DNA of 64,000 nucleotides from Pseudomonadota bacterium (GTDB lineage Bacteria; Pseudomonadota; Alphaproteobacteria; Rickettsiales; UBA8987): NCBI GenBank assembly GCA_048498735.1, contig JBEHXK010000001.1, positions 16,332 to 80,331 of the forward strand, read 5' to 3'. Shown piece by piece: positions 37,310 to 47,460 of this stretch (position 1 is its first letter; each line of letters starts with the position of its first letter). The notes under the pieces were generated by a model. It saw only the letters and a program-made list of their open reading frames with translations, ran no database searches and was not told where the DNA came from. The position numbers and the translations under genes were made by a program.

Positions 37310-39232
37310 ATGATAACTGCAGGACAGATCCTATTTGCCGTGCCGCTTGCCATCACTTTTGAGCAGGCAATTAAAGTCTTTGCAAAAAAAGATCTTTTCA
37401 CCATCACGCAGAAAACCCTCAGTAAATTGAACTTTTTCTTCATGACGATGTGTTTTGGGCTTTTAATATATAAATTTGTCACCTCAGATTTTTCTTACGC
37501 AGTAGTCTTCCAAAACTCCCATACAATGAAGCCTTTATTATATAAAATCACCGGGGTATGGGGTAATCATGAAGGCTCAATGCTCCTATTTTTGTTTATT
37601 CTTTCTTCCTATAATTTTATCTATGCCATGAGTTCAAAATTCCAATATAAGGATGATGTTTTGGGATTTAATGGCTGTGTTATATTTCTTATCGCAGCCT
37701 ATACATATTTTACTTCTGATCCCTTCGATCCGGTTGCGGCAGATTTTATAGGTGTAAAAGAGGGGCTTGGTTTAAACCCACTTCTTCAAGATATAGGGTT
37801 GGCAATTCACCCACCGCTTCTTTACACAGGATATGCGGGTTTTTCGATCACGTTTTCGATCGCCTTAACGGTATTTCGCAATAATATTATTGATAGAAAA
37901 TGGGTGGATTTTGTACGCCCATGGGTGTTGTTTGCCTGGAGTATTCTTTCCATAGGTGTAGGGTTCGGTTCATGGTGGGCATATCGTGAACTTGGCTGGG
38001 GCGGCTTTTGGTTCTGGGATCCGGTTGAGAATATATCTTTGTTACCATGGTTATTTGGCTGCTCTTTAATTCATTCGTTGTTGTGTACAAAGAAATTCAA
38101 TAAATTTACCCACCTAAGTCTATTCCTTGCCTTAGCTACATTTTTATGCGGGTTATTAGGATTTTTCCTTGTTCGTTCAGGCATTCTAAGCTCAGTTCAC
38201 AGTTTTGCTTCAGACCCAACGCGCGGCATATTTATGCTTGCAGTGATATCTATAATTGCATTTTATTCCATGATAATTTTTGGCAAAAAACTATTTGAAG
38301 TTAAATATATTACAGAAGGGCAGACCTTCTTTTTGTCTCGCGAAATAGGCATTCTTATAATGATAACATTTTTACTAAGTGCGGCCTTGGCCATAATGCT
38401 CGGGATATTCTATCCTATGATAACCGAGCTGTTTTTTAAAGAGCGCATATCGGTTGGTGAGCCATATTTTAATATGATCGTAGTTCCTATCACTTTAGTT
38501 CTTATGGTCATTATGGTTTTTGCGCCGATATTAAAATGGCAACGGGAATCAATGCGCAATTTATTTAAAAGATCACTGCCAAGTCTTATCATGGCTGCAT
38601 TTGCAATTGCTTTGCTGAGATACTTTTCGAAAGAGCATATATCCCCATTTTTATACTTCGCTATATTTTCGAGTGCATGGTTATTTATTTCTGCAGTGCA
38701 GATAATTTTACTTCGTGCTTTGAAACGTGAAAAGATAAGCAAGGGCTTCACGGCTATGATAATTGCTCACGCGGCATTTGGTTTACTGGGCCTTTCTATA
38801 ACACTTAATTCAATCTACACTCAAGATGAGCAAAAAGTCATGCTGCCGGGGCAAAATGAAGAGGTCGCCGGATACAAACTTAAATTTAATGATACTCAAA
38901 TTATAAAAGGTAAGAACTATCTCGCACAAAAAGGTGATTTTACTTTATCAGATAACAAAGGAGAGGTCGCAAATCTATCTCCTGAAAGTCGTATATATCT
39001 TCCGTTGCTGACAAGAACCTATGAGGCAGATATCCATTATACGCTTCTTAGTGATTTTTATTTGGTATTGGGTAAGTCAGAAACATTACCAGCAGACAAG
39101 AAGGGCAAGAATGGGCAAGAGGCTTTCCCGGTGAGGATTTATATCAGGCCTTTCATGTTTTTTATATGGTTTTCGATCTTGGCAATGGCATTTGGCGGCT
39201 TTCTTGCAATGTTGCCTAAGAAAAAAGCCTGA
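37310..39232 (+). CDS. ccmF: cytochrome c-type biogenesis heme lyase CcmF
   Basis: WGNHEGSMLL, WWD box WGGFWFWDPVEN, multi-TM. Confidence 0.95.
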   Translation: MITAGQILFAVPLAITFEQAIKVFAKKDLFTITQKTLSKLNFFFMTMCFGLLIYKFVTSDFSYAVVFQNSHTMKPLLYKITGVWGNHEGSMLLFLFILSSYNFIYAMSSKFQYKDDVLGFNGCVIFLIAAYTYFTSDPFDPVAADFIGVKEGLGLNPLLQDIGLAIHPPLLYTGYAGFSITFSIALTVFRNNIIDRKWVDFVRPWVLFAWSILSIGVGFGSWWAYRELGWGGFWFWDPVENISLLPWLFGCSLIHSLLCTKKFNKFTHLSLFLALATFLCGLLGFFLVRSGILSSVHSFASDPTRGIFMLAVISIIAFYSMIIFGKKLFEVKYITEGQTFFLSREIGILIMITFLLSAALAIMLGIFYPMITELFFKERISVGEPYFNMIVVPITLVLMVIMVFAPILKWQRESMRNLFKRSLPSLIMAAFAIALLRYFSKEHISPFLYFAIFSSAWLFISAVQIILLRALKREKISKGFTAMIIAHAAFGLLGLSITLNSIYTQDEQKVMLPGQNEEVAGYKLKFNDTQIIKGKNYLAQKGDFTLSDNKGEVANLSPESRIYLPLLTRTYEADIHYTLLSDFYLVLGKSETLPADKKGKNGQEAFPVRIYIRPFMFFIWFSILAMAFGGFLAMLPKKKA

Positions 39233-39245
39233 AATTGGGGATAAA

Positions 39246-39779
39246 ATGCGAAAATTATTACCATACACACCTTTTCTAATTATCTTATGCATCACTGTTT
39301 TACTTTTCGTTAAAGTAACTCAAAGCGGCAGGAACAATGATTCCATCCATTTTGATGAAATCATGGTGGGTAAAAAAATTGCCGATATGGAGCTGGAAAC
39401 CCTTACTGGGCAAAAGCTTAATATGAATTCATATATCGGCAAATATACGGTGGTTAACCTTTTTGCTTCGTGGTGTACTTCCTGCCTTTATGAGCATCCG
39501 CTTATAAGCACTTTGAAGGGAGAAAGGGGAGTTCAGCTCATAGGCATAGCCTGGAGGGATAAAAAGCAAGATACCTCACAGTGGCTAAAGCAGAATGGCA
39601 ATCCTTATAATGAGGTTGCGCTTGATGAGATGGGTAAATACGGAATATTGCTGGGGGTTACAGGAATTCCTGAAACTTTTCTGGTTGATCCGCAAGGGGT
39701 GATAGTGATGCATATACGCGGAACGGTCATGAATGAGGATCTGCAAGCTATAATAAGTAAAATAAAGTTAAATAAATGA
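39246..39779 (+). CDS. ccmG: thiol:disulfide oxidoreductase CcmG/DsbE
   Basis: TM anchor, WCTSC active site, GVTGIPETFLVD; ATG 39246. Confidence 0.9.
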   Translation: MRKLLPYTPFLIILCITVLLFVKVTQSGRNNDSIHFDEIMVGKKIADMELETLTGQKLNMNSYIGKYTVVNLFASWCTSCLYEHPLISTLKGERGVQLIGIAWRDKKQDTSQWLKQNGNPYNEVALDEMGKYGILLGVTGIPETFLVDPQGVIVMHIRGTVMNEDLQAIISKIKLNK

Positions 39780-40174
39780 GATACTTACTGACATTGATGA
39801 TAGCATTATTCGGTTTTAGTTCAGTGCTTTTTGCATTTGAACAGCCGCTTAAAAATGCTATGTCGGAAAAACATGCCCATGAGATATTTAAATCTCTGCG
39901 TTGTAAAATGTGTGAAGGGCAATCTGTTCTGGATTCTGACTCTGATTTTGCAAAATCAGTAAGGCAACTGGTTCGTGAAAAACTTGACGATGGCTTGGAT
40001 GATGAGCAGATATATGATATGCTCAAGAATAATTATGGTAGTGACATAATGTTCCGCCCGCCATTTGATGAGCATACTGCTATATTATGGCTTCTGCCGT
40101 TTATAATGATTTTTGCGGGATTCATGGTAGTGATAAAAGTATTGCGTAAGAATAGAACGGAAATTTATACATAA
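39776..40174 (+). CDS. ccmH: cytochrome c-type biogenesis protein CcmH
   Basis: Signal peptide, LRCKMCEGQS (CxxC), C-terminal TM; ATGA overlap with ccmG. Confidence 0.88.
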   Translation: MRYLLTLMIALFGFSSVLFAFEQPLKNAMSEKHAHEIFKSLRCKMCEGQSVLDSDSDFAKSVRQLVREKLDDGLDDEQIYDMLKNNYGSDIMFRPPFDEHTAILWLLPFIMIFAGFMVVIKVLRKNRTEIYT

Positions 40175-40189
40175 ACAGGATTGTAAATA

Positions 40190-41263
40190 ATGCCAAATGT
40201 AAGGCTTTCAGGTAAGATCAGCGGAAATAAGGATTCAAAACGTAAAGAAAGGGCTGAGATTTTATATCATCTATTTGCAAATGGGTGGAATATCTATAAC
40301 GGGAATGGTGATCAGACCACTCATCTGGAAAATATTCAGGAAAAAATAATTGAGGCAGATGCCTTTGTATTCACTACAAATCCTGACCTGCAGGACTATT
40401 TTAATCTAGCTTCGGTATTCGTTGGTTTCCAGACGCTTGATGGTGATCTGCGTAATAAGCCTGCAGTTCTTATGAATAGCGATGGTTCCTGGGATTCTTT
40501 TCTGCAAATAATGGACCATATGCATTCCTTGGGTACGGTACGTGAAAAATATAGCCAATATCTTCAGGTGGTCAAAACCACTGATGAATTAGTGGAAATA
40601 ATGAATAATAAACAACAGGCAGTTAATAGAACTATTCCTGAGATCAAAAAAGTTAGTGCTGAGCCAGATATTATAAGTGCAGGAACAATAGCTGTAGAAA
40701 ATTCTGATAATAAAATCCCTGACTATAATGTTTGTGTATTCTGCTCGGCGAGTATCAGTAAACCTGATTATCTACATGAAGGATATGAATTAGGCAAAGA
40801 GCTTGCTAAGAAAGGTTGGGGGTGCATATCGGGTGCCGGTAAAACTGGGATCATGGGGCAGGTGGTAAAGGGTGCCTATCAGAATGGTGGTTGGAGTGGT
40901 GGCTCAAACGTGCCGCACATAATCCAGCTTGAGGGTTTGCCGGAAGGTCTAAGCCAATTCTGGCCGCGTGCGGATATATATACCCGCATGCTGGTAATGA
41001 TCGAAAAATCTGATGCATTCATCATTATGCCCGGTGGTATGGGCACATTCCAGGAATTACTTGCAATGCTGCTTTTAAAGCATCATCGTAATGACCTTAT
41101 GAAAGGTAAGAAAATCATCATGTTCAACCGTTTTGATAATGATACGGGCAAGAATTTTTGGCAGCCTGCTGTTGATCTGATCCGCAACTATAGTGATTTT
41201 GATAAAGAGTTTGAGGTAACAGACGATTTTACCCAGTTACTTAAGAGGATCGGGCCAAGATAA
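40190..41263 (+). CDS. LOG-family (TIGR00730-type) nucleotide phosphoribohydrolase with N-terminal degenerate LOG-like duplicate
   Basis: C-half: VFCSAS, GAGKTGIMG, PGGMGTFQELL. N-half mirrors it (ADAFVF/SDAFII, KPAVLMN/KKIIMFN) but has TNPDLQDYF in place of PGGxGTxxE. Confidence 0.8.
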   Translation: MPNVRLSGKISGNKDSKRKERAEILYHLFANGWNIYNGNGDQTTHLENIQEKIIEADAFVFTTNPDLQDYFNLASVFVGFQTLDGDLRNKPAVLMNSDGSWDSFLQIMDHMHSLGTVREKYSQYLQVVKTTDELVEIMNNKQQAVNRTIPEIKKVSAEPDIISAGTIAVENSDNKIPDYNVCVFCSASISKPDYLHEGYELGKELAKKGWGCISGAGKTGIMGQVVKGAYQNGGWSGGSNVPHIIQLEGLPEGLSQFWPRADIYTRMLVMIEKSDAFIIMPGGMGTFQELLAMLLLKHHRNDLMKGKKIIMFNRFDNDTGKNFWQPAVDLIRNYSDFDKEFEVTDDFTQLLKRIGPR

Positions 41264-41265
41264 TT

Positions 41266-41601
41266 ATGGATAGGATCATAGAAGCATTCAAGAATTCCAT
41301 AAAAGGCTTGGTTGCTGTTTATGAAAGCGAAAAGGCATTCCGTGAAGATCTTTATATTGCCGCTGCTTTCCTTCCATTTGCATTATTTTCTCATATTACT
41401 CCAGGTCAGCGTGCGTTGTTAATATTAAGTCTATTTCTTATACTGATATGTGAATTAATAAATACTGCGATCGAAACTGTGGTTGATCGTATTTCTAAGG
41501 ATCATCATCCGTTATCAGGTAAGGCAAAAGATATAGGCAGTGCTGTAGTGCTTTTGGCTTTTGTTAATGCCGCCGTGACATGGATTTTTATAATTGTATA
41601 A
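41266..41601 (+). CDS. dgkA: diacylglycerol kinase
   Basis: 111 aa, 3 TM; EKAFRED, ELINTAIETVVDRIS, GKAKDIGSA. Confidence 0.9.
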   Translation: MDRIIEAFKNSIKGLVAVYESEKAFREDLYIAAAFLPFALFSHITPGQRALLILSLFLILICELINTAIETVVDRISKDHHPLSGKAKDIGSAVVLLAFVNAAVTWIFIIV

Positions 41602-41608
41602 AAACAAA

Positions 41609-41631
41609 AATCCCCGCAAAAGCGGGGATTT
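41609..41631. terminator. bidirectional rho-independent terminator
   Basis: AAAAATCCCCGCAAAAGCGGGGATTT between convergent dgkA and rplQ. Confidence 0.8.
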
Positions 41632-41659
41632 AATAGAAAAAATTAATCTTTTGCTTGAA

Positions 41660-42088
41660 TTAAGCTTCTTGAGCTTCTGCAGCTCTTTCTGCTTCAACGC
41701 GTGCAAGGTCTTTTTTACCTTTTGCAGATGCATCGCGGTCAACCAGTTCAATGATAGCTTTAGCGCCACCATCACCGAAACGGAAACCGAATTTCATAAC
41801 ACGTGAATAACCACCGTTACGAGCTTTATATCTAGGAGCGATTACATCGAACAGTTTTTTTACTGCATCTTCATTGCGCATACGAGACATAGCAAGTCTG
41901 CGTGCGCTAAGGTCACCTTTTTTACCAAGGGTGATAAGCTTATCAACAAAGGATTTAAGCTCTTTTGCTCTTGGCAGGGTAGTAGTGATCTGCTCATGTT
42001 CTATCAGGTCAGAAGCAAGATTAGCAAGAAGCGCTAGCCTGTGGCTTGAAGACTTGTTCAATAGTCTGTGTTTTACTCTGTGTCTCAT
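41660..42088 (-). CDS. rplQ: 50S ribosomal protein L17
   Basis: [27 protein letters not shown]. Confidence 0.97.
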   Translation of the reverse strand: MRHRVKHRLLNKSSSHRLALLANLASDLIEHEQITTTLPRAKELKSFVDKLITLGKKGDLSARRLAMSRMRNEDAVKKLFDVIAPRYKARNGGYSRVMKFGFRFGDGGAKAIIELVDRDASAKGKKDLARVEAERAAEAQEA

Positions 42089-42119
42089 AACGTTTACCTA
42101 AGTTTAGGGTCTTTTTAAA

Positions 42120-43136
42120 TTAATTGAATGGATCCTCATATTTTTTAGCAAGGTCTTCGATATTTTCAGGCGGCCAGCCAGGAATATCCATACCAAAACG
42201 TAGGCCCATGTCTGAAAGAACTTCTTTTATTTCGTTCAGTGATTTACGGCCGAAGTTAGGAGTACGTAGCATTTCAGCTTCCGTTTTGCGAACCAGGTCA
42301 CCGATGTAAACGATATTATCGTTTTTCAGGCAGTTTGCAGAACGAACCGAAAGCTCAAGTTCATCAACCTTACGAAGAAGGTTTTTATTGAATGGCAGCT
42401 CATCTTTAACTTCAGTAACTTCTTCAACTTCTTCGAAGTTAATGAATACGTTAAGCTGGTCTTGCAGAATTTTAGCTGAGTAAGCAACTGCGTCTTCAGG
42501 TTTAACAGTGCCGTTTGTCTCAACAGAAAGGATAAGTTTATCATAGTCAGTAACTTGACCAACACGAGCCTGTTCAACACGGTAAGAAACTTTCTCAACC
42601 GGAGAGAATAGGGAGTCGATCGGGATAAGGCCAATAGGTGCATCTGCAGGTTTATTAGCAGAAGCAGGAACGTAGCCTTTACCGGTTTCAACAGTAAGTT
42701 CCATGTTAAGTGTGGCACCAGCTTCAAGGTTACAGATAACTTGTTCTTTGTTCACAACTTCAATGTTTGAAGTTTCTTCAATGTCACCAGCAGTGATTGT
42801 TTTAGGCCCAGTAACTTTAAGAGAAAGAGTTTTCTTTTCTGCGCTGTGAGCGATGAAATTGATTGATTTGATATTTAGAACGATATCAGTCACATCTTCA
42901 CGAACACCGGGGATAGCAGAGAATTCATGCAGAACGCCATCAACTTTAATTGCTGTAACTGCAGCACCTTGCAGTGAAGAAAGGAGGATGCGGCGAAGCG
43001 CGTTACCTAAAGTAAGGCCAAAACCCCTTTCAAGAGGTTCAATAACAACTTCAGCTTTACGATTAGTGTGTTCTTTGAAATTAACTTTTGAAGGTTTGAT
43101 CAATTCGCGCCAGTTTTTAGCAATCATCACAGACAT
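42120..43136 (-). CDS. rpoA: DNA-directed RNA polymerase subunit alpha
   Basis: [20 protein letters not shown]-terminal domain [13 protein letters not shown]. Confidence 0.98.
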   Translation of the reverse strand: MSVMIAKNWRELIKPSKVNFKEHTNRKAEVVIEPLERGFGLTLGNALRRILLSSLQGAAVTAIKVDGVLHEFSAIPGVREDVTDIVLNIKSINFIAHSAEKKTLSLKVTGPKTITAGDIEETSNIEVVNKEQVICNLEAGATLNMELTVETGKGYVPASANKPADAPIGLIPIDSLFSPVEKVSYRVEQARVGQVTDYDKLILSVETNGTVKPEDAVAYSAKILQDQLNVFINFEEVEEVTEVKDELPFNKNLLRKVDELELSVRSANCLKNDNIVYIGDLVRKTEAEMLRTPNFGRKSLNEIKEVLSDMGLRFGMDIPGWPPENIEDLAKKYEDPFN

Positions 43137-43181
43137 TTTATTCTCCCAACTTTTACTTATTACTATAAATTATTATAAAAA

Positions 43182-43613
43182 TTACACTCTACGGCGTTTA
43201 GGTGCGCGGCAACCATTGTGTGGAACGCCTGTAATATCACGGATAGCGTTGATATTAAAGCCAGCGTTTTGAAGTGCGCGAAGAGCTGATTCACGACCAG
43301 CGCCAACACCTTTAATAAGAACATCAACAGAAATCAGGCCAACATCTTGTGCGCCACGGATAGCTTTCTCAGTCGCAACCTGTGCAGCATACGGAGTAGA
43401 TTTTCTAGAGCCTTTGAAGCCACAGTTACCTGCAGAAGCCCAAGAAATAGAGTTACCATTAGAATCAGTTATGGTAACGATCGTGTTGTTAAAAGAAGCA
43501 TTAATGTGAACGGTACCTTTAGATATGTTCTTCTTAACTTTTTTCTTTACGACCTTCTTCTCTTCAACGACGCCTTCGCCGGTTTCTTTCTTCTGTACTG
43601 CTGCTTTAGCCAT
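43182..43613 (-). CDS. rpsK: 30S ribosomal protein S11
   Basis: [42 protein letters not shown]. Confidence 0.96.
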   Translation of the reverse strand: MAKAAVQKKETGEGVVEEKKVVKKKVKKNISKGTVHINASFNNTIVTITDSNGNSISWASAGNCGFKGSRKSTPYAAQVATEKAIRGAQDVGLISVDVLIKGVGAGRESALRALQNAGFNINAIRDITGVPHNGCRAPKRRRV

Positions 43614-43661
43614 TGTTTTTCTCTTAATCTATTAGTTTAAATATTTGCCTTAAATTCCTAA

Positions 43662-44039
43662 TTACTTAGTAACTTTCTTTTTACCAGCAATCGCAACTGC
43701 TTTACCTTTACGGGTTCTTGCATTTGTGTGAGTGCGTTGGCCGCGAACAGGCAATCTTCTACGGTGACGAAGGCCTTGGTATGAACCAAGATCCATCTTT
43801 TGTTTGATGTTACCAGAAATTTCACGACGTAGATCGCCTTCAACCATATAGGTTGCGTCGATATATTCACGAAGTTTTATCACTTCAAGTTCTGTAAGAT
43901 CTTTCACCCTTTTGTCTGGAGAAAGGCCTGTTGCTTCGCAGATAAGCGTAGCACGAGCCGGACCAATGCCAAATAAATAGCGTAGTGATATTTCTAATCT
44001 TTTTTGTGTAGGTAAGTTTACACCTGCAATACGAGCCAC
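43662..44039 (-). CDS. rpsM: 30S ribosomal protein S13
   Basis: [28 protein letters not shown]; start set to GTG 44039 (V-ARIAGV); the longer ORF to 44087 adds a non-homologous extension. Confidence 0.93.
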   Translation of the reverse strand: MARIAGVNLPTQKRLEISLRYLFGIGPARATLICEATGLSPDKRVKDLTELEVIKLREYIDATYMVEGDLRREISGNIKQKMDLGSYQGLRHRRRLPVRGQRTHTNARTRKGKAVAIAGKKKVTK

Positions 44040-44202
44040 TTTTACAATACTCCTGTAGTTTTTTGAGAATGCGCATAATATTCGCAAAAGTTAAGCTGTC
44101 AACAACAATTTTATATGTTATTTATGTCCATCCATTAGTGATTTTTAATGGTATGAATTTTTTCGATTAACAAGGGCTAATTAGACTAATATATAAAGTA
44201 TA

Positions 44203-45432
44203 ATGCTTAGAGATCTATTATTAGAGACGAATCAGCGTTTTTGTGCAGTAATCAAGGATATTTCCCTTCTTGGATCCGCAAACTGGCCGGAATCCGCCAA
44301 AAGGGAGTTTTTAGCCAATGTTGAGAAGGGCAATTACAAAATGCCTAAATTCGAATTTGCTAAAAAAGACTATACTGAAAAAAAGAATATATTACAGGGT
44401 ATTATAACGGATGTGGGCTCTATATCACACCCAGCCTGTCAATTAGTGAAGCGTAATGCTGAAAGTTATCTTCAGGCCCTGGAAATGCTTGAAAACCTTG
44501 GAACCCCTGCTGTTACTGAGATATCAGAGCAGCTTTATGGCAGTCTATATGATGTAATTCCAGGCTATCGTCACACCTCATTGCAGGCTGCACGTTATTT
44601 CTTAAGGGTTTCCGGCTCATTTAAATCTGAGAATTATGAGTCTTTTGAAGAAAATAAAGAAATGACTGCCTCTCAGCTGCGCAGTTACCTTATAAGCAGG
44701 ATGAAATTTGTGTTTGGCTCGCGTGATATAGTGGTTGATCTGGTTCCCGAGCTTGCCTCAAAGGCTTCTGTTAGTTCTTCGCGTGTGAAGCTTCGTATGG
44801 ATGCTAAATTTAAAAACTATGAAGCGCGCCAATTATTGCACCATGAGGTGTTTACCCATGCGTTAACATCTATTAATGGTGCCGCCCAGCCAATATTATC
44901 ATGTATCCAGTTTACACCACCACGCGTTACTGCAACTCAGGAAGGGCTTGCACAGTTCTCTGAATTGATAACTGGCTCCATACATTTGTTGCGTCTGAAG
45001 CGTATAGCTCTTCGTATATTGGCTATTGATAAGGCTTTCAAAGGTGCTGATTTCATTGATCTCTTTAAATTCTTCAAGAAGCAGGGTGATAGTGATGAGG
45101 AAAGCTATCTTTCTGCGATGCGTATATTCCGTGGCGGCAGGCCAGAGGGTGGCGTGATATTCATGAAAGATGGCGTATATATAAAAGGCATGCTTGAGGT
45201 CTATAGTTTCTTCATAAAAACCATGAAGGAAAATAATCTTGAGAAACTCAAAATATTCTTCGCCGGCAAAATGACAAGTTCTGATGTTGAAAGCATGAAT
45301 GAGCTTGTTAATACGGAAATACTAGAAGAGCCCAAATATATACCTCTATGGTTTGGCGAAATTCATAACCTTGCGGCTATCTTGGCCTTTATGAAGTTCG
45401 TTACGAACCTAGACTTTGCGAAGATGGAATAG
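44203..45432 (+). CDS. DUF1704 / QEGLA-motif protein (flavohemoglobin expression-modulating family)
   Basis: HHEVFTHALT and TATQEGLAQFSE (QEGLA motif). Confidence 0.8.
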   Translation: MLRDLLLETNQRFCAVIKDISLLGSANWPESAKREFLANVEKGNYKMPKFEFAKKDYTEKKNILQGIITDVGSISHPACQLVKRNAESYLQALEMLENLGTPAVTEISEQLYGSLYDVIPGYRHTSLQAARYFLRVSGSFKSENYESFEENKEMTASQLRSYLISRMKFVFGSRDIVVDLVPELASKASVSSSRVKLRMDAKFKNYEARQLLHHEVFTHALTSINGAAQPILSCIQFTPPRVTATQEGLAQFSELITGSIHLLRLKRIALRILAIDKAFKGADFIDLFKFFKKQGDSDEESYLSAMRIFRGGRPEGGVIFMKDGVYIKGMLEVYSFFIKTMKENNLEKLKIFFAGKMTSSDVESMNELVNTEILEEPKYIPLWFGEIHNLAAILAFMKFVTNLDFAKME

Positions 45433-45488
45433 TTTGGTATTTTGTAATTGGTACTTTGTAAAATTGTCATCCTGAACGTAAGTGAAGG

Positions 45489-45510
45489 ATCTCACTTTAT
45501 AGAATGAGAT
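45489..45510. terminator. weak hairpin between convergent genes (ATCTCA n10 TGAGAT)
   Basis: Read directly; A/T-rich flanks; low stability. Confidence 0.25.
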
Positions 45511-45514
45511 AAAT

Positions 45515-46171
45515 TTATTTTGTCCTCTGAGCTTCGCGAGCTGCTCCATAAGCCTTTATAAGAAAATCAGCCAGATATTTAGATTCTTTTGCAGCTTCAA
45601 TATTCCACCAATTCTGGTTCAACTGTTCCGGTTTTATTCGGTTTTCTTGCAATGTATTAAAAGTTTCCATAAATGTTTCTTCTTTAGAAAGGCCATGCAT
45701 GATTTCCGTATAAGATCCTGTATCCACACCCCATCCAAGAACTCTTTTACCGGTTTCTTGCATTATAGATTCTATTAATTCTGATTTTTGCTCATCTGTT
45801 AAACTTTTATATAATTTGTTAGTTTCTATAGTCTTTATTATCTTAGTTAATTTCCTATCCCAAGATTTCGCCAAACTCGCATTACTCAAAATATTTTTTC
45901 TCTCTATTGGCTTTTTCTTTAAATTTTTTGGCTCTAATGACGAAGATGTCTCTCGGATTTCAGGAAGAGGATAAGCCCGTCCGCTTGTATCATTAATATA
46001 ATCAACCAAGGTATTATAATGTGTAATGCTATGAAATTTGTTTTCTATTCGCGTCCTCATTTGTTCATCCGCTATCTGCCGTATTTCATATAGCATGCCG
46101 GGATGAGCATCATAATTCTCAAAACTGAGAGTAAAAAACTTCCAGGATGCTAGGGTCGCTTCTGATGGCAT
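45515..46171 (-). CDS. hypothetical protein (ORFan, downstream member of a pair)
   Basis: 218-aa ORF 8 nt after the upstream ORF; no signal peptide or known motif. Confidence 0.5.
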   Translation of the reverse strand: MPSEATLASWKFFTLSFENYDAHPGMLYEIRQIADEQMRTRIENKFHSITHYNTLVDYINDTSGRAYPLPEIRETSSSLEPKNLKKKPIERKNILSNASLAKSWDRKLTKIIKTIETNKLYKSLTDEQKSELIESIMQETGKRVLGWGVDTGSYTEIMHGLSKEETFMETFNTLQENRIKPEQLNQNWWNIEAAKESKYLADFLIKAYGAAREAQRTK

Positions 46172-46179
46172 ATGAATAA

Positions 46180-46872
46180 TTAATCCGGAGTTTTATCGCC
46201 TTTTTTCTGGGCAATTTTGTCGTCCGAAAAAGTTACTGGGATTTTTAATCCTTCTATTGTTATTTCATCCTTATCACCGCTTACATTCTTGGCCGTTAGG
46301 TTTAAGCCATATTCTGTAGCTTTTTTGGAGATGAAATCAAATTCTTGTTGGCTAAGTTTGTTGTCGCCCTGTGCGTTGCCAGTATTAAACTCACTGGTAA
46401 AACCTTTTATCATCGCGAATATAGCCTGCTTTTTATCGCCACCATTGGCTTGGTTGTAAGCTGAGGCATATTCTGCATTAGTTGCTATAGTGGTAGCTAT
46501 TATATAGTCAGATTGTGCCTGTAAATTAGCTTTGTCATTTGCCATTTGTTTTGGTATATTCTCTGTTTCTCCCGGTTTTTTCTCATGATTGTCCACTTCA
46601 ACCGACTTAATGCTTTGCAGCATTTTGTACTCATCAGCAATCTTTGTTACATAATCTAATGTATTGATTTTTGCTTCACTATATTCTTGAGAAGTTTGCT
46701 TCAAAAAATCTTTAAGCCTGGGGTCAATATCTTGACGTCCGATAAAATCATTGGTGATTTTTAATATATTTGCTTTTTGTCCATTGTCAGCGATACCATC
46801 TCTGACATTGCTTTGGAGTAAAGAAATATAATCACTATATTGATTTATAAAATTTTCGCTTTCGTTCGTCAT
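46180..46872 (-). CDS. hypothetical protein (ORFan, upstream member of a pair)
   Basis: 230-aa ORF preceded by a 265-nt very AT-rich intergenic region; no known motif. Confidence 0.5.
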   Translation of the reverse strand: MTNESENFINQYSDYISLLQSNVRDGIADNGQKANILKITNDFIGRQDIDPRLKDFLKQTSQEYSEAKINTLDYVTKIADEYKMLQSIKSVEVDNHEKKPGETENIPKQMANDKANLQAQSDYIIATTIATNAEYASAYNQANGGDKKQAIFAMIKGFTSEFNTGNAQGDNKLSQQEFDFISKKATEYGLNLTAKNVSGDKDEITIEGLKIPVTFSDDKIAQKKGDKTPD

Positions 46873-47137
46873 AAATTCCTAACTTTTCGTTTTTTTCATT
46901 GTATCAAAATATGGTTAATAAACAATTAATTAGAATATTTTAAATTAATAATAAATTTTATACTTCTTTAACTACAAATAGCTGCGCCAAACTATTGATA
47001 AATAATAGTTTTTGGCCTATTATTTTTTATGTTGGTGCTGTAATATACTGTAACAATATGATATAATAACCTTACAAATCCTGAAAAACTGAACTGTCAA
47101 TTTTGACAGAGGTTTGATGGGTTAGGAGGATAATAAA

Positions 47138-47350
47138 ATGTTAAATCATATTCTTAAAGATTGGACACTTAAAAGATTCGTAGACTACCTAGTAGTTGGC
47201 CTAGTGCTTGCTATCGTGATCTCTCTGGTTCAGATGATAATTGTGCCTATGGTGGTTAAATTCATACCCGGGACGATATTCGCCGGAACCATTTCATTAA
47301 CTGATATATTGTTATTCTTCATAGTATTGTTAATGGTGACGAGGGAGTAG
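47138..47350 (+). CDS. small membrane protein (2 TM), hypothetical
   Basis: RBS AGGAGGA 8 nt upstream; two hydrophobic helices; followed by a strong terminator. Confidence 0.55.
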   Translation: MLNHILKDWTLKRFVDYLVVGLVLAIVISLVQMIIVPMVVKFIPGTIFAGTISLTDILLFFIVLLMVTRE

Positions 47351-47377
47351 TTACTCTTTAATTTCCCTCAAAGGAGA

Positions 47378-47405
47378 GCCCCGGCATAAAAACCCGGGGC
47401 TTTTT
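47378..47405 (+). terminator. rho-independent terminator
   Basis: GCCCCGG-CATAAAAAC-CCGGGGC followed by TTTTT. Confidence 0.8.
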
Positions 47406-47460
47406 ATGTCTATATATTAAATTTATGATATTTATCATTGGTAATTGAGGGAATTAAAAA

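Noticed and set aside
42326-42727. 133-aa alternative-frame ORF within rpoA
   Set aside because: It sits inside a highly conserved gene and gives a Leu/Lys-rich nonsense product.
45466-45492. GTCATCCTGAACGTAAGTGAAGGATCT, resembling short palindromic filler repeats seen in many bacterial genomes
   Set aside because: I found only one copy in this window, and the internal pairing is only 5 bp. There is not enough evidence to call a repeat family or mobile element.
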